A stretch of 64,000 bases of DNA from Methanobacteriota archaeon (GCA_020697715.1 JAEHCO010000001.1:288001-352000), one strand, 5' to 3'. Shown: positions 1 to 9,226, counted from the first letter of the stretch. Program-made: numbers and translations. Notes: generated by a model not told the origin, from the letters alone.

Positions 1-249
1 TTTGGATATCTGCCTCTCCGCTCCAGCATACAGTAATACTTCCGTCGGTATGGATTTGGATATGTTCCGGCTCTGAGAAAAGGCCCTTTCAGCTTTTTCT
101 ACAGCCACTATCAAATGCTCTTTACCAAAGACCAGACCGGCATCCAGTATTTGGATCTCCACGCCCATATCCTGAGATATGTCATTCACTTTCTCAAGTA
201 TTTGATCCACATCGACTATGGTGTATTTGGAACCAATTATTACAGCCAT
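1..249 (-). CDS. cgi121: KEOPS complex subunit Cgi121 (3' end outside window)
   Basis: Not in the ORF track; manual translation from ATG at 249 gives MAVIIGSKYTIVDVDQILEKVNDISQDMGVEIQILDAGLVFGKEHLIVAVEKAERAFSQSRNISKSIPTEVLLYAGAERQISK, with the Cgi121 motifs H-L..A...A.RA and E-VLLY-AG-.RQIS. Start overlaps the stop of the upstream ClC gene. Confidence 0.85.
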   Translation of the reverse strand, partial: MAVIIGSKYTIVDVDQILEKVNDISQDMGVEIQILDAGLVFGKEHLIVAVEKAERAFSQSRNISKSIPTEVLLYAGAERQISK

Positions 250-2093
250 GTTTTCTTCCTCTCGCCTTTCTTATCTTTATAGACCTTGAGTATGTCGTTC
301 CTTGAAAGGAATCCAACAAGCTGGTCAGGCTCCTCTCTTGAAACAACTGGCAGGTGGCCCAATTCCATGGATGACATCAGCTCCATCGCCTCCTCCAGGG
401 TCATGTCTGGATAGACGATCTGAAGATCTTTCTTGGTCTCTATATCACATATATTGGAATCTGCCAGACCTGAGGCCATTGCCTTCCTTACATCCGAATG
501 GGTCACGATCCCAACAAGCTTTCCATCCGGGCATATGCATGGGAAACCCTGGAAGCCAGATTCCAAAATTATGTCCGAGACCTCTCTGACCTTCATATCT
601 TCTCTGGCCGTTGTCACATTCTTCACCATCGCGTCCCCGACAGATATGGTTTCCAGAATATTGATCTCTCTCTCATAAGAGTATTTGATGCCTTTCCTGT
701 TCAGCTTCTTGGTGTAGATAGTATCCTTGGATAATATCTTGGTAACTCCATCACTGACCACGCAGGCGAACATCAAAGGCAGGATGATCTGATAATTACT
801 GGTCATCTCGAACATGATGAGAATTGCTGTGAGCGTGGCTCTACTGGTACCTGCGAATACCGCCGCCATGCCAACAAGTGCATAGGCCCCATATGGGACT
901 GGAAGTGAGGGGAAGAAGATATTGACACCAACTCCAAAGGCTCCACCAACCGCTGCCCCGATGAACAGGGAGGGAGCGAAAACTCCACCAGAGCCACCAG
1001 AGCCAAGTGTCAGGCTGGTCGCGAAGATCTTTAGCAAAGCCAAGCCCACTAAAAGGAATAGAAGAGAGTATGTAGCATCAGCACCCAATGCTTCATAGTT
1101 CGTAGGATCGAGTATTGGCATCATGGTACCATACCCAGTACCGAAAACATAGTAATGCCCGAGGTAATAATATGTCACAAGTCCAACAATACCAAGCGCA
1201 AGGCCACCTACCATTGGCTTGAAATATTCTGGTATCTTGATATTGTCAAATGCATCCTCGAATTTGTAAAGAAGATAAACAAATAACATGGCGGCCAGTC
1301 CACTCACTATCCCAAGAAGGATGTACAATGGCATTTCTGTAAGTGGCTGTGTCAGGGTGTATATGTCCTTGATGGGAAAGGCGATCTCCACACCAAATAC
1401 GGCGTGAGCCACTATCGTGGCCGTTACTGAGGATATGACCAGTGGAATGAAAGAACGGGTCTTGAACTCCAGAAGGATCAATTCAATAGCGAACATCATG
1501 GCACCTAAAGGTGCATTGAAAGTGGCTGCTATTCCGGCAGCCGCACCGCAGGCGAGAAGTGTTCTTGTGTCATTGGGAGCCAGTCCGAGGGCTTGCCCAA
1601 GAGCGGAGCCGCCAGTCGCTCCTATCTGGACGATCGGTCCCTCCCTTCCTGCAGAGCCACCAGATCCTATGCAGATGGCGGAGGATAATATCTTGACAAT
1701 ACCCACTCGGGGTCGTATCTTACCCTCATTGGCTATCATGGCGCCCATGACCTCTGGCACTCCATGACCCTTGGCCTCGGAGGCGAATTTCCAGACCAAG
1801 AGTCCGACGATCAATCCGCCTATGGCGGGCGCGATGAACACCATCCATCCAAGATCACTCTCAAGATAGGAAAATGGTCCATCCGAATAAAAACCAAAGA
1901 GACGCCCGATACCGTTTATCATGTACCTGAACACCACTGCTCCGATACCAGCTATCATACCCACTATGACTGCAAGCCATCCGAGAATAGCATATTCTCT
2001 CACATCCTGCTTATGGTGGTCGTGGATCATGTCCTGACCCTGTCTCATTGCCTTTGTTACAGGGTTTTTTGTGGGTTTTCTTTCCTTGGTCAT
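240..2093 (-). CDS. ClC-family chloride channel / H+:Cl- antiporter with C-terminal CBS pair
   Basis: ClC signatures GHGVPE, GSAGREGP, GGVFAP; many TM helices; two CBS domains at the C-terminus. Confidence 0.95.
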   Translation of the reverse strand: MTKERKPTKNPVTKAMRQGQDMIHDHHKQDVREYAILGWLAVIVGMIAGIGAVVFRYMINGIGRLFGFYSDGPFSYLESDLGWMVFIAPAIGGLIVGLLVWKFASEAKGHGVPEVMGAMIANEGKIRPRVGIVKILSSAICIGSGGSAGREGPIVQIGATGGSALGQALGLAPNDTRTLLACGAAAGIAATFNAPLGAMMFAIELILLEFKTRSFIPLVISSVTATIVAHAVFGVEIAFPIKDIYTLTQPLTEMPLYILLGIVSGLAAMLFVYLLYKFEDAFDNIKIPEYFKPMVGGLALGIVGLVTYYYLGHYYVFGTGYGTMMPILDPTNYEALGADATYSLLFLLVGLALLKIFATSLTLGSGGSGGVFAPSLFIGAAVGGAFGVGVNIFFPSLPVPYGAYALVGMAAVFAGTSRATLTAILIMFEMTSNYQIILPLMFACVVSDGVTKILSKDTIYTKKLNRKGIKYSYEREINILETISVGDAMVKNVTTAREDMKVREVSDIILESGFQGFPCICPDGKLVGIVTHSDVRKAMASGLADSNICDIETKKDLQIVYPDMTLEEAMELMSSMELGHLPVVSREEPDQLVGFLSRNDILKVYKDKKGERKKTWL

Positions 2094-2161
2094 TTGTTAG
2101 GCGATATAACCCCCTATATAAATCGTTATCTTATTATGTAAGAAGCTTCTATATGTTTATC

Positions 2162-2710
2162 ATGGCCGAGCCCAGCTTATTGGAGCCATTTAGACTTCGC
2201 AAGGAAGATGTCCACACCTTTATCAGCAACAGTGATAACCATATCATGAGAAAGGGAAAGGACATGATCGGCTTCTTTCAGGAAGATGCTGACCCAGATA
2301 GGTTGATATACGAGGTCTTCGAGATACGTGGACCCCACTCTACAGATATGGGATTGACCATCATGAAACCTGGAAAAATAGGTAGAGAATATCATATGAC
2401 CAAGGGCCATTTCCACGAATCTGAAAGTGCGGATGAATATTACTTCTGCCTGTCAGGAAAAGGCATTATAGTCATGCAATCTGCTGAAGGCGAGATCAGA
2501 CATTTGCCTATGAATGAAGGAGGAGGAGTGTATGTTCCTTCTGGATGGGCACATAGGACCATCAATATTGGAGATGATGATTTCATGCTCCTGGCCATCT
2601 TCCCAAAAGATGCTGGCCATGATTATGGCACCATTGAGGAGAAGGGATTCAGGATTGTCGTGATGGAAGTTGATGGTCAATTCGCTGTTATGGACAATCC
2701 ATCTTTTTGA
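2162..2710 (+). CDS. pgiA: Cupin-type (archaeal) glucose-6-phosphate isomerase
   Basis: Motifs PGKIGREYHMTKGHFH, E-Y-Y, VYVPSGWAHRTINIG, AGHDYGTI. Start placed at MAEPS (2162); the ORF-track extension overlaps the divergent ClC gene. Confidence 0.9.
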   Translation: MAEPSLLEPFRLRKEDVHTFISNSDNHIMRKGKDMIGFFQEDADPDRLIYEVFEIRGPHSTDMGLTIMKPGKIGREYHMTKGHFHESESADEYYFCLSGKGIIVMQSAEGEIRHLPMNEGGGVYVPSGWAHRTINIGDDDFMLLAIFPKDAGHDYGTIEEKGFRIVVMEVDGQFAVMDNPSF

Positions 2711-2824
2711 GAGAAATATACCCAAAAACGAAATATAGGTATTCATTATTGATGGTGCGTTCGTCATTCAAAATGAGAGTCTTCCTGGCCAAGTGTTGGG
2801 GAATACAGAAAGAATGAGCGGATA

Positions 2825-2897
2825 TGTCCCGAGGTGCGAACCACAGGACGATAATAAGACAGCGAATAAACAGTCCTGTGGTTACTGCCACGGGACA
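2825..2897. other. Intergenic long imperfect hairpin, possible small ncRNA
   Basis: TGTCCCG(2825-31)/CGGGACA(2891-97) and AACCACAGGAC(2839-49)/GTCCTGTGGTT(2873-83) are perfect complements. Confidence 0.5.
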
Positions 2898-2919
2898 ACG
2901 AATAGATATAGAACATAAT

Positions 2920-2991
2920 AGTCCCGTGGTGTAGCGGTTATCATGCTTGCCTTTGGAGCAAGCGACAGCGGTTCAAATCCGCTCGGGACTA
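2920..2991 (+). tRNA. tRNA-Gln(TTG)
   Basis: Acceptor AGTCCCG/CGGGACT, anticodon arm CTTGC-CT-TTG-GA-GCAAG, T-arm AGCGG-TTCAAAT-CCGCT; followed by a T-tract; CCA not encoded. Confidence 0.95.
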
Positions 2992-3054
2992 CTTTTTTCT
3001 TCTTCGAGTCTTCCATAAACCTAAATACCAAAATATCAATATTCCAATGTAGGG

Positions 3055-3843
3055 ATGCACTTGTTCGGTCGTAAGGATAATATCAAGGGAGATGAAACCA
3101 CCCAGGCACTGATGAAGCAGGGTGTGTACAATGTTCCCAATAGAATGTACGACCATCCATTTCACATGGATTCCAAAGCAATAAAGAAAAAGAAGATATA
3201 TGGATTCTGGCCGGGATTGAAATACACCGTGGTCCTGTCCATCCTGCTCTTCTGGATGCCCCCCTTCGGACAGGTGATAGCTGGTTATGTCGGTGGAAGA
3301 AAAGCCGGCACTCCGACAAAGGGAATTTTTGCAACTCTTGTGCCTGTTATCGTGGTATTTTTGGTATTCGGCCTGGCCAGCCTCGGAACTCTTTCAAGCG
3401 TGGAGGATCTCTGGAACAATACATCGGGATCCGTGTTCGACACAGCATCTGGCATTCCTTTGATAGGCCCAATTGCAGATTTTTCCATCGAGTATATGGG
3501 ATTCTTATCCAGTTATATCGGCCTGGACAATGCCTGGATAGCGCCTTATATCCTGACCGTTCTATTTGGTTACGTGGGGGGTATTCTATCCCTCCAGCAT
3601 AAGAGAGAATTGAAAGAATACGAGCACATATTGCACAATACTGCAAGCCCCAGTATAATTCAGATACATAGTGGCTCAGACCCGGAGATCAAACCAGCCA
3701 TATACCCCACCCCCGATGCAAATGGACAAGAGGAGGTGCATGTGGACCTGAACGAGATCGAGAGAGATAATGAGCAGATCGGTATGGATGGTGACATACC
3801 GGTGATCATGGGGAAAAAGCCTAAGGATTGGGATGAAAAGTAG
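3055..3843 (+). CDS. Hypothetical membrane protein (3-4 TM helices, acidic C-terminal tail)
   Basis: 262-aa ORF with hydrophobic segments, GQVIAGYVGGRKAG motif, upstream TATA-like element. Confidence 0.75.
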   Translation: MHLFGRKDNIKGDETTQALMKQGVYNVPNRMYDHPFHMDSKAIKKKKIYGFWPGLKYTVVLSILLFWMPPFGQVIAGYVGGRKAGTPTKGIFATLVPVIVVFLVFGLASLGTLSSVEDLWNNTSGSVFDTASGIPLIGPIADFSIEYMGFLSSYIGLDNAWIAPYILTVLFGYVGGILSLQHKRELKEYEHILHNTASPSIIQIHSGSDPEIKPAIYPTPDANGQEEVHVDLNEIERDNEQIGMDGDIPVIMGKKPKDWDEK

Positions 3844-3930
3844 AAATATGTATTTGTCATTACCCAAATTTGATAGAACAAACTCTGAAATGTTAAATTT
3901 GGGCCATTAGAGTTGTTATTGTTATTTAAT

Positions 3931-4003
3931 GCAGGTGTGATCTAGTCTGGTAGGATCCAAGCTTCCCAAGCTTGATGCTCGGGTTCAAATCCCGGCACCT
4001 GCA
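3931..4003 (+). tRNA. tRNA-Gly(CCC)
   Basis: Acceptor GCAGGTG/CACCTGC, anticodon arm CAAGC-TT-CCC-AA-GCTTG, T-loop GGTTCAAATCC. Confidence 0.95.
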
Positions 4004-4085
4004 TCCCCAATTTCTTCTTTTTAGTCCATCCACTATCAAAACGCTCTGCTAGTAACCATATTTCATTCTGATAAGAAAATGAGAA

Positions 4086-4343
4086 CTATTGCTTGACCTG
4101 TTCAAGCTGGCTGATTATATTCCAGATTAGTGTACGTCCATGTAGAGGTATATTTGGATCATTGGCCAGTTCGTCCATGACGAATATCGCACTGGCTATC
4201 CTCACATCAAGAGCTTCATCTCTCTTTAACAATCTGGTCTTACACTCTGAAGCTCCCCTTCTGATGTTCCTGGGGACGGTTGTGTCTTCGGTTAGCTGGT
4301 CAAGTACAGATATGACCTGCTGAAGTTTTTCCTCTGCATCCAT
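4086..4343 (-). CDS. UPF0147 family protein
   Basis: Motifs D-TTVPRNIRR and DELANDPNIPLHGRTLIWNIISQLE; start at MDAEE. Confidence 0.9.
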   Translation of the reverse strand: MDAEEKLQQVISVLDQLTEDTTVPRNIRRGASECKTRLLKRDEALDVRIASAIFVMDELANDPNIPLHGRTLIWNIISQLEQVKQ

Positions 4344-4477
4344 TATAATCACCTTGTATTTTTGGCCGGATAACACAATTGTGCAATTAAGCCTTTCCCA
4401 TGATTCGAGCCTTGGTACTTAGGGATGTTCCCAAATTCATTGAAGAACATTCATAGTCTTTAAAATGATATACATGA

Positions 4478-5014
4478 CTATGGCATTATGTAGCTGGTGG
4501 TGTCTGGATAGATCATTCTCTCAAATTCCAATACCTTGTGTAATACTAGATCTGTTCTTAGATTGCTTATGGTCACATTGAAAGAGCCTTTGACCAAATA
4601 TCCTTCTGCATTATGAGCCAATGACACGGTATAATTCTCATGTATGGTCCCACCAATGACAGAATACACACCATCTATGATGGTTCTGATATCTCCGCCC
4701 AACCAAATGTCAAATCCTTCCTCAGCCATGATGTTGACATGGCTGTCGAAATCATCATTGAAACCAGAGATATCATTCTCCTGGATCGATTGCCTGGCCG
4801 TGTATATTGCGTGATTTTCCAGATCACGCACGATCTCCTGGGACTTGGACTCCATTTTGGAAATATCCTCCATGCGCAGTCTATAATTGGAATCAACATT
4901 GGTGACGTATGAAAGATAGGACACTGTAAAACTTGCAAAGAACAATAGGACTATGGCCATCAGGGAAAATGATGATACCGCCCTTTCATCCGAAAGCAGT
5001 CTCCTTCTTGACAT
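4478..5014 (-). CDS. Pilin-like secreted protein with class III signal peptide
   Basis: MSRRRLLSDERA|VSSFSLMAIVLLFF: basic leader, (K/R)-(G/A) cleavage site, hydrophobic helix. Confidence 0.6.
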   Translation of the reverse strand: MSRRRLLSDERAVSSFSLMAIVLLFFASFTVSYLSYVTNVDSNYRLRMEDISKMESKSQEIVRDLENHAIYTARQSIQENDISGFNDDFDSHVNIMAEEGFDIWLGGDIRTIIDGVYSVIGGTIHENYTVSLAHNAEGYLVKGSFNVTISNLRTDLVLHKVLEFERMIYPDTTSYIMP

Positions 5015-5057
5015 TTAAGCCTCCATCATGATAAACATTGGAACTTCTATCATCCTA

Positions 5058-5495
5058 TCACATTGGGCGATAACTGGCCACTTCTCCATCCTTGAATGTG
5101 ATCATATAATGTATCCCAGCCTTTTGTGTGTTCTTGAGCAGGAACTCTGTATAATCACTTCCTTTTTCAATGCTTCTTACCATTACTAATTCTTCAGAGG
5201 TCGCATCAAGATTCTCAACTATCCAGCTCTTCACTTTATCATAATCCGCCTGCCATTTATCCGAGTCAACTACAACGAGTTTCTCACCATCTTTGACTAC
5301 AGAATCAGTGATCACCATGTCAGGTGGCAAGATATTCACCCCACATTTGACCCCGTAATTATTATCCTTGCCCAGTCCCCAATATCCCACAGCGGTCTCT
5401 ATTATACCACTGACCTTCTCACCAGGTTCTACCTCGCACTGGATGCTCGAGCTGTCCTCGGACATCGCATTGCTTAAAAGTATCCGAATTCCCAT
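5058..5495 (-). CDS. Protein with N-terminal ubiquitin-like (beta-grasp, YukD/EsaB-like) domain
   Basis: IRILLSN...IQCEVEPGEKVSGIIETAVGYWGL...ILPPDMVITDSVVKDGEKLVVV follows the beta-grasp pattern; additional ~60-aa C-terminal domain. Confidence 0.55.
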   Translation of the reverse strand: MGIRILLSNAMSEDSSSIQCEVEPGEKVSGIIETAVGYWGLGKDNNYGVKCGVNILPPDMVITDSVVKDGEKLVVVDSDKWQADYDKVKSWIVENLDATSEELVMVRSIEKGSDYTEFLLKNTQKAGIHYMITFKDGEVASYRPM

Positions 5496-5593
5496 ATTCT
5501 CACTATAAGTATGTATATGGGACACGATTAAAAACCTTCCTATCTAGGCCTTGGATCACTTAGAGCCACATAGGGGTAAACACCTACTCATGC

Positions 5594-6463
5594 TCAAACC
5601 ATTTTCCTGAATTCCCTGGCAGTGAAAGCCAAGGATAGCGGGTTTTGAAAAGAACCCGCTAGGCATCCGCAATTGGAGCAATCCGTGCTTGGACCAAAAC
5701 ATCGCCTTGTATTCCAATTCACATCATAATGTAGTACATCGTCACCCCAGTAGCACCAGCCGCGATGATCGGGCTTCTCATACCAATCCAGCATATTGAT
5801 ACTGGGCAGGAATTGCTTGGGATGGATCTGCTTCACTCTCTTGAGCTCATCAACTATGAGCTTCCTTTCCTCGGCTTTGACATGCATAGGTATCTTGATC
5901 TCTGTTCCGGAAGCACAGATATTGCAGACCACGCCTCTGAAACCATGCTCTTTAGATAGCTGGACGACGTCGTCCAATTCCTTGTAATTATCCATGGTTA
6001 TCGTCATATTGATGGCCACGCGCTTGTCCCCGGAGTAATTCTTCAAGATCTTGTCAAAACCACCTGCTCCCCTGATCGAATCATTGGTCTCCCGCATGCC
6101 GTCCAATGATACGTAAAGTAGATGGTCGAACTCTTTCGGAATGAAGATCGTTCCATTTGTGATCACATACACGAATGGGAAAGTGTCATGAGCCAGCATG
6201 AGCACGTCATTCCTCATAGCTGGCTCGCCACCTACAAGCAGGACGAATCTAATGCCCTGTTTGTAAAGATCTACGAACCGCTTTTTCCAAATATTGATGA
6301 ATATATCCTCTTTCTCAAAATCATCCTTGCCATGAAAATGATAGCAATGCCCACATCGGAGATTGCAATTATCGGTGACGTCGATCTCGGCAAAGTACTT
6401 GACACCTCGAATTTTCCTTCTCAATTCGAGGTAAGCCAGATACGGAATATCAGAGTTTTTCAT
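5594..6463 (-). CDS. Radical SAM protein with Cys-rich C-terminal extension
   Basis: CNLRCGHC, GGEP, TNGT, VSLDG; C-terminal CYWG..RRCF..CSNCGC. Confidence 0.9.
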   Translation of the reverse strand: MKNSDIPYLAYLELRRKIRGVKYFAEIDVTDNCNLRCGHCYHFHGKDDFEKEDIFINIWKKRFVDLYKQGIRFVLLVGGEPAMRNDVLMLAHDTFPFVYVITNGTIFIPKEFDHLLYVSLDGMRETNDSIRGAGGFDKILKNYSGDKRVAINMTITMDNYKELDDVVQLSKEHGFRGVVCNICASGTEIKIPMHVKAEERKLIVDELKRVKQIHPKQFLPSINMLDWYEKPDHRGWCYWGDDVLHYDVNWNTRRCFGPSTDCSNCGCLAGSFQNPLSLAFTAREFRKMV

Positions 6464-6849
6464 TGTTTCAGATAGTCACACACATAGAGCGTGGGCTTCT
6501 TAACATTAAGCACCAGATCCTTGCCCGCAGGTATCAGCAATGTGTCGTATTGCTTTGGCACGATATCACCCTTGCCAACACCCCAGGCTATCTCCCCATG
6601 CAAAAAGTGCATGGTCTCCTGATTGCCTCCGACATTGAAGACGAACTCGCCAACTGGCAGGTATCCGAATGTCGAAGGAGAAGCTTTGCCCTGCCCCTCG
6701 ATAACCGTGCTCATGACGCCATTATCGTACTCGTTTATCTTTCCGGGCTGCGTGCCCCGGAAATAATCCGCAATTCCTGGGAATGACTCGGCCAGTAACT
6801 GGAAATCTATCTGCTTGCTAAGGAACATCTCTTTAACTTTTGAATCCAT
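6460..6849 (-). CDS. PpnP-like pyrimidine/purine nucleoside phosphorylase (cupin)
   Basis: INEY..GVMS...STFGYL.VGEFVF....ETM.FLHG...L.V..PTLYVCDYL parallels E. coli PpnP (NEYF.G.VKS...SVGVM..GEYTF....EEM.V.SG...L.V..PTSYLC.YL). Confidence 0.65.
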   Translation of the reverse strand: MDSKVKEMFLSKQIDFQLLAESFPGIADYFRGTQPGKINEYDNGVMSTVIEGQGKASPSTFGYLPVGEFVFNVGGNQETMHFLHGEIAWGVGKGDIVPKQYDTLLIPAGKDLVLNVKKPTLYVCDYLKQ

Positions 6850-6850
6850 A

Positions 6851-6900
6851 TTTTCACCTATACAAGGGTGAATGTCGATGTGTTTGATATGCTTTTTGGG
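6851..6900 (-). repeat. Duplicated 50-bp promoter/leader, copy 1 (upstream of PpnP-like gene)
   Basis: TTTTCACCTATACAAGGGTGAATGTCGATGTGTTTGATATGCTTTTTGGG aligns with 7696-7745 at 40 of 51 columns by manual count. Confidence 0.7.
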
Positions 6901-6909
6901 CTAATTCAT

Positions 6910-7695
6910 TTATTGAATTATATTTAGAATTTTCTCACCCTCGATATATGCTCTTTTGAGAAATTCACCATGGTCTTTGATATATGAATTCATAATCATC
7001 AGCTCCAGCATGACTGGGTTGCTGTATTTCGAGTGCTTGAGCAGTCTGCATATCTCGTCAAAATCCACAAATCCCTCGCCCGGGATCGCATGATCGATGA
7101 AGGGGCGTATTCGATCCGATAAATGCACGGAAATCACCCTGTTGCCAAACTCCTCTAGCAGGTTGAAATCCCTTGGCCCATCCACTTGATCATGGGATGA
7201 ATCATAACAAAAGCCAAAGACCTCCGGGTCTAGCTGAGGCAGACCTCTTCTCAAGACCTCGGTCGCATTATCTGGATGCATGTTCTCGACAGCTATTTTG
7301 ATATTATTTTGTTCAAGTGTGGGTCGGAACCTTGCACAAGTATCCAATAACGACTTCACTTTCTGCTCTATTTGAGATTCGCATATCTCAAATCCAGTCA
7401 CCGGGTGCACGACAATTATCGGAACATCCAGTTCCTTCGCGGCTTCGATAATCCCATTCAATATTTTATCACAATTTGGATTGTCAGTACCGCAGCCGTG
7501 GATGGTGTCAATTGAAAGCCCATATTCTTTCAATTGCTCTTTGATCAACTTTCGATTTTCCTTATCCAGGATATTCGAATGCTCATACCTCCCACTAATA
7601 GAGAAGTGGTTGAAGCCAGCGGATGAGATCATTTCCAATTGTTCATCAAAAGGAATATTGTAATCAAAGCAGGTGGCTATTGAGATTTGCTTCAT
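6910..7695 (-). CDS. Sugar phosphate isomerase/epimerase, xylose isomerase-like / AP endonuclease 2 TIM barrel
   Basis: Metal ligands in AVENM, CYDSSH, VHLSD, HAIPGEGFVDF, MLE. Confidence 0.85.
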   Translation of the reverse strand: MKQISIATCFDYNIPFDEQLEMISSAGFNHFSISGRYEHSNILDKENRKLIKEQLKEYGLSIDTIHGCGTDNPNCDKILNGIIEAAKELDVPIIVVHPVTGFEICESQIEQKVKSLLDTCARFRPTLEQNNIKIAVENMHPDNATEVLRRGLPQLDPEVFGFCYDSSHDQVDGPRDFNLLEEFGNRVISVHLSDRIRPFIDHAIPGEGFVDFDEICRLLKHSKYSNPVMLELMIMNSYIKDHGEFLKRAYIEGEKILNIIQ

Positions 7696-7745
7696 TTTTC
7701 ACCTCATATGGAAGTGGATGGTGATGTGTTAGATATGTTTTTGGG
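7696..7745 (-). repeat. Duplicated 50-bp promoter/leader, copy 2 (upstream of TIM-barrel gene)
   Basis: TTTTCACCTCATATGGAAGTGGATGGTGATGTGTTAGATATGTTTTTGGG; same position relative to the ATG as copy 1, includes AGGTGA RBS on the minus strand. Confidence 0.7.
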
Positions 7746-7770
7746 GTTTTTGTAATAATCCAAAAACTCC

Positions 7771-8655
7771 TTATTTAAAGGTCAATTGAAAGGAAAAGGG
7801 TCCACCTCTATCATCTTTAGTACACATTGAATTAATGCGCTTATATCCAATTTCAGTTAATTCTTCTTCGAGTTCTAATGGATTTATTGGACGTATCTCT
7901 AATGCATAGGATTCCCCTTCTATAATGAAGTCATAATAAGGGTTAAGAGATGAATGTGCTTGGTCATTATCAGTTATTATTAAGATTCCGTTATCTGCCA
8001 ATAAGTTTTTTAAGAGTGAAAAATCAGGGTTATGTGGCATAGAAGAAAGAACCCATGAAATAATTATAACATCGAATTTTTTTCCTTTTAATCGATTATG
8101 AATATTGTCTATATCCTCTACGATAATCTCCGTTCTCAACGGTGCTTCATCCATGATTTCTTGAAATTTCTTAATCATGCTTGTGGATTTATCAACATAC
8201 GTCCATGTTATATTCTCTTTATTGAAAAAATGATTCGTTATTAATTTTCCAGTACCTCCACCCAAATCCAAAATATTGTAGTTTCTATCTTCATTCAAGT
8301 GATTTTCAATTTCTTCAATGACACGCCGGTGCGATTCTAAAAGTTTCTTTGAATTTCGCTCATCATACATTTTAGCTATGGTATTATAAAAATCGATTGC
8401 GTTTTTAATATTGAAATTCTTAATATTGGGCAGGGTTTTATCCACATTTTTACTATCAATAATAACAATCCCTATTATACAAACAATCAGAATTATAGCA
8501 CATACAATCAAACCATACAGTACCTGATCTGGAGGCATCACTACAAGTGATGCAACAAATGCCCCCTCTGCAATTAACGCAATCAATGCTAAAAGTTTCG
8601 TTTTACTATCAATTGCATCAAGAATGCTACTTCGTGATTCACTCATCATATCCAC
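7771..8655 (-). CDS. Class I SAM-dependent methyltransferase with two N-terminal TM helices
   Basis: LLALIALIAEGAFVASL and VLYGLIVCAIILIVCIIGIVII helices; motif I ILDLGGGTG; YVDKS; FDVIIISWVL. Confidence 0.85.
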   Translation of the reverse strand: MDMMSESRSSILDAIDSKTKLLALIALIAEGAFVASLVVMPPDQVLYGLIVCAIILIVCIIGIVIIDSKNVDKTLPNIKNFNIKNAIDFYNTIAKMYDERNSKKLLESHRRVIEEIENHLNEDRNYNILDLGGGTGKLITNHFFNKENITWTYVDKSTSMIKKFQEIMDEAPLRTEIIVEDIDNIHNRLKGKKFDVIIISWVLSSMPHNPDFSLLKNLLADNGILIITDNDQAHSSLNPYYDFIIEGESYALEIRPINPLELEEELTEIGYKRINSMCTKDDRGGPFSFQLTFK

Positions 8656-8733
8656 ATTTTTATTATTCTCTCGATATCATCACATGCTCTTTCATTTATT
8701 ATTACTTTTTGGTTCTTGTATAATAAATAATCA

Positions 8734-9225
8734 TTATGAAATGTCATAGTGTTTTTTCAATAAGAATAACAATTCGGGATGAAATTTATCTCCACTTTTA
8801 ATCATCTGTCGAATAGTATCTATGTTAAAAAATTTCACATAATTAACTTCATTATTATTAATTGATAATTCGCCATTATACACCCCTGAAAAAGTAGATA
8901 GGAATCTCTTAATACCCCTTTCATCGGTATAATAATCCTTGTGTGAAAAAACAATTTCGATCTCTATTCCAAGTTCTTCTTTGATTTCTCGGAGAGCTGC
9001 CATCTCATATGTTTCTCCATAACGTACATGTCCCCCGGCAGAAGTGCTCCAATGTAGAGGACAAAATGATTTTTTATCACTTCGTAATTGCAACAACATT
9101 TCTTCTTTTTCATTTAGAATAAAAATATGGACAATTCTATGGATGGGTAAAATAGTATATACTTTGTCATAAGTCATTTTTCCAATTTCTTCATCATTTT
9201 CATTGACTACTGCTAACCATTCCAT
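8734..9225 (-). CDS. Nudix hydrolase (IDI/YfcD-like subfamily)
   Basis: Nudix box GGHVRYGETYEMAALREIKEELGI; HRIVHIFI and LLQLRS..K motifs. Confidence 0.9.
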   Translation of the reverse strand: MEWLAVVNENDEEIGKMTYDKVYTILPIHRIVHIFILNEKEEMLLQLRSDKKSFCPLHWSTSAGGHVRYGETYEMAALREIKEELGIEIEIVFSHKDYYTDERGIKRFLSTFSGVYNGELSINNNEVNYVKFFNIDTIRQMIKSGDKFHPELLFLLKKHYDIS

Positions 9226-9226
9226 T

